From contig CAWJGT010000003.1 of assembly GCA_963842525.1 (NCBI GenBank), positions 96,001 through 160,000 of the forward strand: 64,000 nucleotides of DNA, written 5' to 3'. Below are positions 50,862 to 59,271 of the stretch, one piece after another; the first letter of the stretch is position 1, and the number at the start of each line of letters is the position of its first letter. This stretch comes from an uncultured Holophagales bacterium (GTDB lineage: Bacteria > Acidobacteriota > Thermoanaerobaculia > Multivoradales > UBA5704). Made by a program: the position numbers and the translations under genes. Under the pieces are notes generated by a model. That model did not search any database. It was not told the origin of the DNA and worked only from the letters and a program-made list of their open reading frames with translations.

Positions 50862-52057
50862 TACTCCGTCCGTAGCGCCTCGATCGGATCGAGAGCGGCG
50901 GCGCGGCGGGCGGGGAGGACGCCTGAGAGCAGGCCGGTGACGACGCTGACTGCCACCGCCAGCACCACGAAGAGCAGCGGCGTGTGGATGGGCAGGCCGG
51001 GCACGGCGAGGCGGAGCAGGGTGGCGAGGCCGAGCCCGGCGAGCACCCCGATCGAGCCTCCCAGCGTGGCCAGGGCCGCGGCCTCGGTCAGGAAGAGGAG
51101 CTGGACCTGCCGCTGTGTGGCCCCGATCGCCCGCACCAGGCCGATCTCGGAGGTCCGCTCGCCCACCGCGATCCACATCATCGTCAGGATGCCGATCGCC
51201 CCCACGAGCAGCGAGATGCCGGCGATCGCTCCCACCGACATCGTGACCACGTTCATGACGTTGTCGAAGACGACCAGCATGGCCTCCTGGCTGGTGATCG
51301 TGAAATCTTCGTTGCCGCCGTGCCGGTCGGTCAGCACGCGCCGGACGTCCCGCTCCACCCGGTCGGTCAGGCCGGCGTGGCTGAAGACGATGTGGATCTC
51401 GTTGACCTCCGGGAGGTTGAAGATCCGCAGGGCGGTGGCCACGGGGATGTAGGCGGCGTCGTCGATGTCGAAGCCGAGGAACTGGCCTTTCGGCTCCATG
51501 ATCCCGATCACCCGGAAGCGGCTGCCGGCGATGCGGACGAACCGGCCCAGCGCGTTCGCTTCGCCGAACAGCTCGCGCTTGAGCTTCGGCCCGAGGACGA
51601 CCACCTGGGAGCCCCGGCGCGGGTCCCCCTCCGGCCAGAAGATGCCCTGCCGGACGCGGAACTTCCACGCCCGCGGCACGTTCGGCGTGACTCCATAGAT
51701 GAAGACGCTGCGCCCGCGGCCGCCTCCCTCGACCCTGGCGGTGCCGTAGCCGTTGGCCACGATCTCCTCGACGCCCGCGATCCGCCCCAGGGCCATGGCG
51801 TCGTCGATCGTCAGCTTGCGCGTGGTGCCGCCGAACACCCCCGGGATGCCGCTTGTCTGCGACTTGCCCGGCACCACCGACAGGATGTTGGTGCCGAACT
51901 GGGAGAACTGGCTGACCACGTAGCGCCGCGTCCCCTCGCCGATCGAGGTCAGCAGGATCACCGAGGCGATGCCGATGGCGATGCCCAGCATGGACAGGGC
52001 CGACCGCAGCTTCTGCCCGGCGACGGCGTGGAAGGCGAGGCGGAGGAGGTCCCTCAC
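50861..52057 (-). CDS. MacB/FtsX-family ABC permease
   Basis: RS.LS.LGI.IGIASVI, ISLLVG.IGI..M..V.ERT.EIGL, PARRAA.LDPIEALR. Confidence 0.92.
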   Translation of the reverse strand: MRDLLRLAFHAVAGQKLRSALSMLGIAIGIASVILLTSIGEGTRRYVVSQFSQFGTNILSVVPGKSQTSGIPGVFGGTTRKLTIDDAMALGRIAGVEEIVANGYGTARVEGGGRGRSVFIYGVTPNVPRAWKFRVRQGIFWPEGDPRRGSQVVVLGPKLKRELFGEANALGRFVRIAGSRFRVIGIMEPKGQFLGFDIDDAAYIPVATALRIFNLPEVNEIHIVFSHAGLTDRVERDVRRVLTDRHGGNEDFTITSQEAMLVVFDNVMNVVTMSVGAIAGISLLVGAIGILTMMWIAVGERTSEIGLVRAIGATQRQVQLLFLTEAAALATLGGSIGVLAGLGLATLLRLAVPGLPIHTPLLFVVLAVAVSVVTGLLSGVLPARRAAALDPIEALRTE

Positions 52058-52202
52058 CCCCCTGACCCCCCTCTCCCATCCTCACTCCCTTCCCCCGGGA
52101 GAGGGGGGAAAAAGGAAAAAAGATAGGGTGGAATGCTTTTGTTTTGCTCCCCTCTCCCGGGTGGTCGGGAGTGCGGGTGGGAGAGGGGCCGGGGGTGAGG
52201 GT
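52051..52202. repeat. Inverted pair of family-A palindromes inserted between the two permease genes
   Basis: Same ends as the other pairs, with an A/T-rich centre. Confidence 0.85.
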
Positions 52203-53402
52203 TCATCGCGACGCCAACGCCAGCACCGGGTCCAGCCGGGCGGCGCGGCGGGCCGGGAGCCAGCCGAAGAGGAGGCCGACGCCGAAGGAGAGGCCGAGCG
52301 CGGCGGCTACGGCCCAGGGCGGCGGAGAGGCCGGCAGGGCAGGGTAGAGCCCCACCAGGATGCGGATTGCGGCCCAGCCGATGGCGAGCCCCACCAGGCC
52401 GCCGGCCGCCGAGAGCAGCGCGGCCTCGGTCAGGAAGACAGCCAGCACCTGGCCGCTGCCGACGCCCACGGCGCGCAGCAGGCCGATCTCCCGCGTGCGC
52501 TCCGCCACCGCGACCAGCATCACGTTCATGATGCCGATCCCCGCCACCGTCAGCGAGATGGCGGCGATCGCTCCCACCGCGAGGGTGAGCGCGCCGAGGA
52601 TCTGGGAGAAGGTGGAGACCACCGCGTCCTGGGTGAGGACCGTGATGTCCTCCTCGCCGTGCCGCTCCGTGAACAGCCGGATCACCTGGGCCTTGACCCG
52701 TTCGAGGTCGGACGCACCGCGGACCTGGATCATGACCCGGAAGAGCGACCGCCGGTCGAACATCTTCATGGCCGTCACCACCGGCACGACGACCACGTCG
52801 TCGAAGTCCATGCCGAGCTGGACGCCCCGCGGCGCCATCACCCCGAGGACCCGCATCCGCCAGCCGCCGATGCGCACCACCCGGCCGACCGGCGACTCGC
52901 CCGGGAAGAGCTCGCGCGCGACCTTGGTCCCCAGCACCGCCACGGGACGGCCGCGCAGGGTCTCCTCGTCCGGCAGGAACTCGCCGCTCTCCATGGTGAG
53001 CTTGCGCACCTCGTAGAACTCGTCGGTCGAGCCGGCGATGAGCACCTGCCGCCGCCGCGCGCCGTGGGCTACGAGCTCGGTGCCGACGACGAGCGGCGCC
53101 ACCTTCTCGGCCCCGGGGATCTGGCGTACCACGGCCTCGGCGTCCTCGAGCGTGATGTCGTTCGCTCCGGCGGCCAGGCCGGGGATGCCTGTCGTATCGG
53201 TCCTGCCCGGCACCACGATCAGCAGGTTGGTGCCGATGCTGGCGAACTGGTCGATCACATACCGCCGCGCCCCCTCGCCCAGAGCCGTCAGCGCGATCAC
53301 CGCCGCCACCCCGATCGCCATGCCGACCAGGGACAGCAGGGTCCGCAGCCGGTGCCCGGAGAGGGACCTGAGGGTGAAGCGGAGGAGGTCGGAGGGGCTC
53401 AT
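52203..53402 (-). CDS. MacB/FtsX-family ABC permease
   Basis: GIGIMNVMLVAV.ERTREIGL, PARRAARLDPV.AL. Confidence 0.92.
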   Translation of the reverse strand: MSPSDLLRFTLRSLSGHRLRTLLSLVGMAIGVAAVIALTALGEGARRYVIDQFASIGTNLLIVVPGRTDTTGIPGLAAGANDITLEDAEAVVRQIPGAEKVAPLVVGTELVAHGARRRQVLIAGSTDEFYEVRKLTMESGEFLPDEETLRGRPVAVLGTKVARELFPGESPVGRVVRIGGWRMRVLGVMAPRGVQLGMDFDDVVVVPVVTAMKMFDRRSLFRVMIQVRGASDLERVKAQVIRLFTERHGEEDITVLTQDAVVSTFSQILGALTLAVGAIAAISLTVAGIGIMNVMLVAVAERTREIGLLRAVGVGSGQVLAVFLTEAALLSAAGGLVGLAIGWAAIRILVGLYPALPASPPPWAVAAALGLSFGVGLLFGWLPARRAARLDPVLALASR

Positions 53403-54109
53403 GGCGCGAACAGGTCCGCCGTCGCGGCCACGTCCGCGCCGGCGAGGCGCCGGACGACATGGCCGTCCACCAGGACGATGATCCGCTCGGCGCGCTTGGC
53501 CACCGAGGGGTCGTGGGTCACCACGACCAGGGTGGTCCCTTCACCGTTCATCCGGTCGAGGAGGTCGAGGATCTGCTTGCCGGAGCTGGTGTCGAGGTTG
53601 CCCGTGGGCTCGTCGGCGAGGAGCACGCGGGGGCCCATCACCGTGGAGCGGGCGAGGGCGACGCGCTGGCGCTCGCCGCCGGAGAGCTGGTCCGGGCGGT
53701 GGTCCATGCGGGCCCCGAGGTCCACCGAGCCGAGGGCAGTCTCCACCCGCTGCCGGCGCTCCGCCCGCGACAGGCCGGCGAAGATCATCGGCAGCTCCAC
53801 GTTCTCGGCCGCGGTCAGGCGCGGCACGAGGTGGAACGACTGGAAGACGAAGCCGATCATGTGCCGCCGCACCTCGGTCAGCTCCGCGTCCGAGAGGTGG
53901 GCCACGTCCCGGCCGTCGAGGAAATAGGAGCCGCTGTCCGGGCGGTCCAGGCAGCCGACCGTGTAGAGGAGGGTCGACTTGCCCGACCCCGAGGGGCCCA
54001 TGATGGCGACGTGCTCGCCCGTCCGGATGTGCTCGTGGATGTCCACCAGGGCGTGGACCGGCTGGCCGCCGAGCTGGTACGTGCGGGAGATCCCCTCCAG
54101 GCGGATCAC
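53399..54109 (-). CDS. ABC transporter ATP-binding protein (MacB/LolD-like)
   Basis: GPSGSGKST, LSGGERQRV, ADEPTGNLD, VTHD; GTG start overlaps the upstream stop. Confidence 0.93.
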   Translation of the reverse strand: MIRLEGISRTYQLGGQPVHALVDIHEHIRTGEHVAIMGPSGSGKSTLLYTVGCLDRPDSGSYFLDGRDVAHLSDAELTEVRRHMIGFVFQSFHLVPRLTAAENVELPMIFAGLSRAERRQRVETALGSVDLGARMDHRPDQLSGGERQRVALARSTVMGPRVLLADEPTGNLDTSSGKQILDLLDRMNGEGTTLVVVTHDPSVAKRAERIIVLVDGHVVRRLAGADVAATADLFAP

Positions 54110-55302
54110 CGGCCGGCTCCGCGCGCCCGCTCGGTGGTCCCCTCGGTCGTCCCATCGGTGGCAGGCGGAGTCACCCGGACCTCGGCGCCCGCCTTGACCT
54201 CCGGCCGGTCGAGCGACGTGACCACGAGGTCTCCGGCCGACACGCCCGAGCGCACCTCCGTCCAGTCCCAGTTCTTGAGACCGATCTCGAGCTGGCGTTC
54301 CACCAACAGCCCGTTCTCGGCCACCAGGACCCGGTTGCCTTCGAGCAGGGCCGGCGTCGGGACCCGCAGCACGTCGGGGTGCTCCTCCAGGATCACTTCG
54401 ACGTCGGCCGAGGTGCCGGGCAGCAGCCGCACACCCTCGGGGAGCCCGTCGAAGGCCGCTTCGGTCTCCACCGTCCGGTTCTGCTCCTCGCGGTCGAGCA
54501 CGTATGGGGCGATGCGCGCCACCCGTCCAGGGAAAGTCCGGCCGGGATAGGAGTCCACCGTGATCCGCGCCGGCCGGTCCACCTGGATGCGGGCCGAATC
54601 GACCTCGTCCATGGGAGCGCTCACGTAGACCGACTCCGGGTCGATCAGGTCGATGACCGCCGGGATCGGCATGCCGGGCGGCGACGGCGTGGTGTACTCG
54701 CCGACCTCGATCGACACATCGGCGACCACGCCCGGGAAGGGGGCGCGGATCACCATCAGGCGGGTCTGCCGCGACGCGAGCTCGATCGACGCCTGCGCCT
54801 GCTCGACGCCGGCCCGGGCCGCGCGGCAGGCGGCGGCAGATGTCTCGACCGACGTCTGGGCCTGGTCGAGGACGTCGGCCGAGATGATCCCCTCCTTGGC
54901 GAGCTTCGAGATCCGGGCGAGCTCGCGGCGGGAGCGCTCGGTGGCGGCGCAAGCCTGCTCGCGCTGGGCCTGGACGGCCTGGAGCTCGCGGCGGGCGAGA
55001 GAGGTCCGCGCTTCCAGCACGTCGGTGTCGAGCCGGAGCAGGATGTCTCCCTGTTGGACCCGGTCCCCCTCGCGGTGCGGGACCTCGACCGCCCGGCCGC
55101 CGACCTCAGGGGAGATCTGGGCCCGCCGGCGGGCCTTGACCGTGCCCGCCCGCGAGTTGGTCACCGTCTCCTCCACCCGTCCTCTGCCCACGGGTACCGC
55201 CTGCACCTCGATCGGCTTGGGAGCGAGCACCGTCGTGCGGAGCGCGAACGCCACCGCCACGATCACGAGGATCGCCGCGATCCGGATCACCCATCGCCGC
55301 AT
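54106..55302 (-). CDS. Efflux periplasmic adaptor (MacA/MFP family)
   Basis: N-terminal TM, GD.V..G..L, coiled hairpin, IRAPFPGVV, G.SADVE. Confidence 0.9.
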   Translation of the reverse strand: MRRWVIRIAAILVIVAVAFALRTTVLAPKPIEVQAVPVGRGRVEETVTNSRAGTVKARRRAQISPEVGGRAVEVPHREGDRVQQGDILLRLDTDVLEARTSLARRELQAVQAQREQACAATERSRRELARISKLAKEGIISADVLDQAQTSVETSAAACRAARAGVEQAQASIELASRQTRLMVIRAPFPGVVADVSIEVGEYTTPSPPGMPIPAVIDLIDPESVYVSAPMDEVDSARIQVDRPARITVDSYPGRTFPGRVARIAPYVLDREEQNRTVETEAAFDGLPEGVRLLPGTSADVEVILEEHPDVLRVPTPALLEGNRVLVAENGLLVERQLEIGLKNWDWTEVRSGVSAGDLVVTSLDRPEVKAGAEVRVTPPATDGTTEGTTERARGAGR

Positions 55303-55356
55303 AGCGGCATGACTCTATCATTGTGGCATGATGGATTCCGGAAGGGAGGGCCCCCG

Positions 55357-55785
55357 ATGTTCCGCAAGATCCTGATTCCCGTCGATTTCAGCGAGAAGAA
55401 TGAAGCGGCGCTCGAAGCCGCCCTGCAGATGGCCCTGCACCCCGACCGGCAGGAGCCCGAGGTCACCCTCCTGCATGTGATCGAGACCATCGAGCACATC
55501 TCTTTCGAGGAGATGGGCGACTTCTACCGCGGCCTGGAGACGCGGGCCGAGGCCAAGCTGAGCGTCATGGAGGAGCGGTTCCGCGCCGCGGGGGTCAAGG
55601 CTTTTCACGAGACCCTCTACGGCAAACGGGCCGAGACCATCGTCCGCTACGCGGAGGAGAGGAGCTTCGACCTGATCCTCCTCTCCTCCCACAAGGTCGA
55701 TCGCGACCATCCCGCCCTGGGCCTGGGGACGATCAGCTACCGGATCGCCATCGTGGCGCGGTGCGCCGTGCTCCTGGTGAAGTAG
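55357..55785 (+). CDS. Universal stress protein
   Basis: FRKILIPVDFS, LLHVIE, DLILLSSH, LG.IS......C.VLLVK. Confidence 0.9.
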   Translation: MFRKILIPVDFSEKNEAALEAALQMALHPDRQEPEVTLLHVIETIEHISFEEMGDFYRGLETRAEAKLSVMEERFRAAGVKAFHETLYGKRAETIVRYAEERSFDLILLSSHKVDRDHPALGLGTISYRIAIVARCAVLLVK

Positions 55786-56597
55786 GGGAAAGGGTCCTCG
55801 GCCGCCCTCATCTCCACGATGAGGCTAGGCGACGTGGCGCGGTGCCAGGGCCGGCCGTCGAAGTCCCCCCAGAGCCGGGAAATCCGGAGCCCCGCCCTGC
55901 GTCCGCGGCGCTCCAGCTCCTCGACCGACCAGAGGCGGGCCTGGAACGAAGCCTCCTCGACGCACCGGCCGCCGAGCCGGTACTCCCAGCGGGCCGTGCA
56001 GATCCGGCTGCCGGGATCGCAGCGCCAGGTCTCCCGGACCCGCAGTCCGCTGCCCTCCACGGAGCGCTCCCCGGTCCACCCCTGATCCCCGGAGGCGACC
56101 CGCCCCCGCTCCGGCGGCAGCCACGCCGCGTCCAGCAGGAACCGCCCTTCCGGCGCGAGGTGCCGGGCCACGGTGGCGAGCGCCCGGTCGCGGTCCTCCT
56201 CCAGGATCAGGTGGACGAAGGGGTCGTCCACCGCCACGACCAGGTCGAACCGTGCGCGCAACCGGACGTCGCGCATGTCAGCGACGAAGAGGGTCACGTG
56301 GGAGAGCCCGGCGAGCCGGCGCCGGGCCGTGGCGACGAGCTCCGGGCTGAGGTCGAAGGCGACCACCCGCCGGGCGTGGCGCGCCAGGAAGGCCGTGGCC
56401 CGCCCCGTGCCCGCACCCAGCTCCAGCACCCGGCACGGCGTCCCGGCAGCGGCCCGGGTCCAGAAGCCGGCGTCCCCCCGATCGCTCAGCTCGAGATCGA
56501 AGAACGGGAGGATGCGGTGGTAATACGCCTGGACGCCGGAGGAGTGTCCGGTTTCCTGCGGCGCTGGAGGAGGCCCCTCGATCACGGCAACGCTCAT
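55737..56597 (-). CDS. Class I SAM-dependent methyltransferase
   Basis: VLELGAGTGR, FDLS, ADMR..FDLV, HL.P.GRFLLD, WGDFDG. Confidence 0.88.
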   Translation of the reverse strand: MSVAVIEGPPPAPQETGHSSGVQAYYHRILPFFDLELSDRGDAGFWTRAAAGTPCRVLELGAGTGRATAFLARHARRVVAFDLSPELVATARRRLAGLSHVTLFVADMRDVRLRARFDLVVAVDDPFVHLILEEDRDRALATVARHLAPEGRFLLDAAWLPPERGRVASGDQGWTGERSVEGSGLRVRETWRCDPGSRICTARWEYRLGGRCVEEASFQARLWSVEELERRGRRAGLRISRLWGDFDGRPWHRATSPSLIVEMRAAEDPFPYFTRSTAHRATMAIR

Positions 56598-56629
56598 GCC
56601 TCCTCATCCCCTGCAATGAGTGGGCCGGC

Positions 56630-56649
56630 CTTGAGATAACTTGAGATAA
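56630..56649. promoter_or_regulatory. Perfect 10-bp direct repeat (CTTGAGATAA x2) in a divergent intergenic region
   Basis: AT-rich tandem repeat one helical turn apart; likely a regulator site. Confidence 0.5.
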
Positions 56650-56747
56650 GATGACAGTAAATAAAGACAAGCGCGGTATGGACCCCTGCGTTCCCGGCAG
56701 ATCCTCCGGCGGCGCAGACTCCCCCTCCCGCGCGGGAGGAACGACTC

Positions 56748-57863
56748 ATGGCCAGCAGGAAGAAAGCGGTACCGCCCCCGGAGGAAAAACCGGAGCCCAG
56801 GAACAAATCGCGGAACGTCGAGGTCTACGCCCCCAAGCTGCTCCTGCACCTGATCGGCGTGGACCGGGCCCCGACAAATGACGTCGCGGAGTGGGAGGCA
56901 GCCTATAAGCGCGACCTGAGGCCCGGCTTCGCTGCGCTGTCCGGACAAGGCAGCTTCAACCACCAGCAGATGCTCCGGGCCGTCGATCTGTGGAAGACGA
57001 ACGACCCGTCGTGGTGGAAGACCTACCTGCGCTGGCAATGCGGCGTGGAAGAGCCGCCGCCAGAGCACGCCCTGCTGCGCTTCTTTGGCGGCAGCGAGCC
57101 GTTCAGCCCGACCTATGAGCCGTTCCGCTGGGGCTCCGTGCTGGCCGCCCGGCTCTGGACCCTCCGGAAAAGAGACGCCGAGCTGCTGCGGCTCACCTCG
57201 CGCTACGCCGAGGCGATCTGTGCCCTGTGCGCCTTGACGGCGGTGCCCTGGCCGGACACCGCGCGTTCCGTCAACAGGAGGGGGGAGCCGGTCTACCGGG
57301 GTCCTTTCGTCTCTCCCGTGGGAGAGCGCTCCAACCAGCACGTCGTCTCCGACCTGGGGCCCCTGTTCGGGTTCTCCGTGCACTGGCCGGACGTCTGGGT
57401 CAAGAACCTGGACTCCTGGCCGCTGCGCGTCGCCCATGAGCTGCGCGGCGACCTGGGGGTGAACGAGTCCCTGGCCGAAGACCTGAAGAGCCACGTCAAC
57501 GGAGAGGACCGCGCCGGTGTCCTCGAACGGGTGCTCAAGGGCATCACCGTGCGGGGGGAGAACCGGGTCCTCCGCTTTCCGGAAGGCCGGCTGGTCTACA
57601 AGCTCGAAAGGACCAACGGCAACACGCCCTGCATCTTCTACGAGTGGTACGACTTCACGACGAAGACCGCGACCATCGGCTTTCCCTGGCCGGAAGGCCG
57701 CGGCGCCCGGCTGCGGGGTGCGGGCCAATGCGACATCGTCGAGGAGGACGGAACCCGCAAGGTCGTCGCCCAGACGGAATACGGCACCGTCTCCTTCTCC
57801 CTGCCCGCTGGTGGATTCTCCCGGAGCGCTCTAGGAACGGAGGGCTTCCGGAGAGAGAGCTGA
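56748..57863 (+). CDS. Hypothetical protein (371 aa, Trp-rich, family not recognised)
   Basis: RBS GGAGG, GC3-biased codons and globular composition. Confidence 0.75.
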   Translation: MASRKKAVPPPEEKPEPRNKSRNVEVYAPKLLLHLIGVDRAPTNDVAEWEAAYKRDLRPGFAALSGQGSFNHQQMLRAVDLWKTNDPSWWKTYLRWQCGVEEPPPEHALLRFFGGSEPFSPTYEPFRWGSVLAARLWTLRKRDAELLRLTSRYAEAICALCALTAVPWPDTARSVNRRGEPVYRGPFVSPVGERSNQHVVSDLGPLFGFSVHWPDVWVKNLDSWPLRVAHELRGDLGVNESLAEDLKSHVNGEDRAGVLERVLKGITVRGENRVLRFPEGRLVYKLERTNGNTPCIFYEWYDFTTKTATIGFPWPEGRGARLRGAGQCDIVEEDGTRKVVAQTEYGTVSFSLPAGGFSRSALGTEGFRRES

Positions 57864-57999
57864 AGCGACCCGCGACGCGGCCGTCGTGGCAAGCTGGCTT
57901 CCCGCGCAACGCGCCACCCAGGCGGACCCGGTGTTCCTCCTGCGGGCGAATTAGGCGCGAACGAATCCGAGGTAGGATGGAGCGGAAGCTCTGCGTCCG

Positions 58000-58502
58000 G
58001 CATCGATTTCAGATAACTCTGGATGCCTTCCAAGAATTCTGTATCGATTTCGGGTGACGTGAAACGCATTCGAGGCCAGATGGAATCGATTTCGCGTGAG
58101 GTGGAATCGATTCCAAAAAATCTGGATGCGTTCCAAAAATTCTGAATCGATTTCGCGTGACGTGGAACGCGTTCCAGTTTAAGTGAAATCGATTCCAAAA
58201 AATCTGGACGCGTTCCAAAAATTCTGAATCGATTTCGCGTGACGCGGAACGCGTTCCAGTTTAAGTGAAATCGATTTCACGTGAGGTGGAATCGATTCCA
58301 AAAAATCTGGACGCGTTCCAAAAATTCTGAATCGGTTTCGCGTGACGTGGAACGCGTTCCAGTTTAAGTGAAATCGATTTCACGAGAGGTGAAATCGATT
58401 CCAAAAAATCTGGACGCGTTCCAAAAATTCTGAATCGGTTCAACGTCACCCGCTACGCGTTCAGGGTCGCGGTGGATCGATCCAGCGTCATTCTGGATCG
58501 AC
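58000..58502. repeat. AT-rich array of about 25 palindromes (ATCGAT/ACGCGT cores) at 20-21-bp spacing with a 103-bp higher-order period
   Basis: Cores at 58002, 58023, 58043, 58064, 58085, 58106, 58126, 58146 ... 58476, 58497. Confidence 0.92.
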
Positions 58503-58603
58503 ATCCTTCCCCGCCCGAGAAGACAGGATACCTTCATCCCGATAGGGCAGGCGCGTCCGGCCGATCGAGGCCGGGCCGGCGTCCTGCCGGAAGGGAGCTT
58601 TCC

Positions 58604-58909
58604 ATGTCCTGCAAGTCTCTCGGACTCGGAGCCGGCCTCGTCCTCCTCCTCGCCTGCCTGGGAGCCGCACCGCTGACCGCCGCGCCGGGGCCGCGCGGGC
58701 TCGTTGCGCCCGAGCCAGCCGCCCGGAGCCTCCTCGCCGACCTGTGGACCCTCTTCGGCCGGCTGTTCCAGACTGACACGGCGGACAACCGGTGCAGCAT
58801 CGATCCCGATGGATGCCCGGCCGCGACCGGCGACAACCGGGGCAGCATCGACCCGAACGGGCTGCTGTCGGAGCCGGACAACCGGGGGACCATCGATCCC
58901 AACGGCTGA
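58604..58909 (+). CDS. Small secreted protein (101 aa) with three DNRxxIDPxG repeats
   Basis: RBS AAGGGAG; signal peptide; amphipathic LLADLWTLFGRLF; DNRCSIDPDG, DNRGSIDPNG, DNRGTIDPNG-stop. Confidence 0.8.
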   Translation: MSCKSLGLGAGLVLLLACLGAAPLTAAPGPRGLVAPEPAARSLLADLWTLFGRLFQTDTADNRCSIDPDGCPAATGDNRGSIDPNGLLSEPDNRGTIDPNG

Positions 58910-59016
58910 CTCCGGCCCGGGGAGCCGTCCTGCGGTCGCGGCTCCCCGCATCTTCCCTTGCATCCGAGGTTCCTTCTTCAGGTAAACTGTTCTCGACGAG
59001 AGAGACGGAGCCCGGC

Positions 59017-59271
59017 ATGACCTCCTCCGACCGCCCCAGCCCCGAGGACCTCGAACGGGTCGTGGCGAGCGCCCGTTCCGAGATCGTCCGCCTGTTCGAG
59101 GAGCGGGGAGTGCCGGACGAGGAGGCCGAGCGCCGGATCGGCGACGCCCTGGTGCGGCTCGCCTGGCGCTGGGGCCGGGTGCGCAACCGGGCCCGCTGGC
59201 TGGTGACGACCCTGGACAAGGAGACCCGGAACCGTGAGCAGACAACCCGAGAAAGACCCGCAGGAGGATGA
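59017..59271 (+). CDS. 84-aa protein resembling ECF sigma factor region 2 only
   Basis: I.RLF...GVP.EEAE..I.DAL..L...W..VRN...WL..TL pattern; RBS GGAG; no region 4. Confidence 0.55.
   Translation: MTSSDRPSPEDLERVVASARSEIVRLFEERGVPDEEAERRIGDALVRLAWRWGRVRNRARWLVTTLDKETRNREQTTRERPAGG

Noticed and set aside
57638-58449. Repeat-derived ORFs on the minus strand (e.g. 57638-58198)
   Set aside because: The same peptides appear in several frames because 20-bp units shift the frame; no RBS.
58000-58502. CRISPR array
   Set aside because: Units are only 20-21 bp, the linkers recur rather than being unique spacers, and no cas genes are present.
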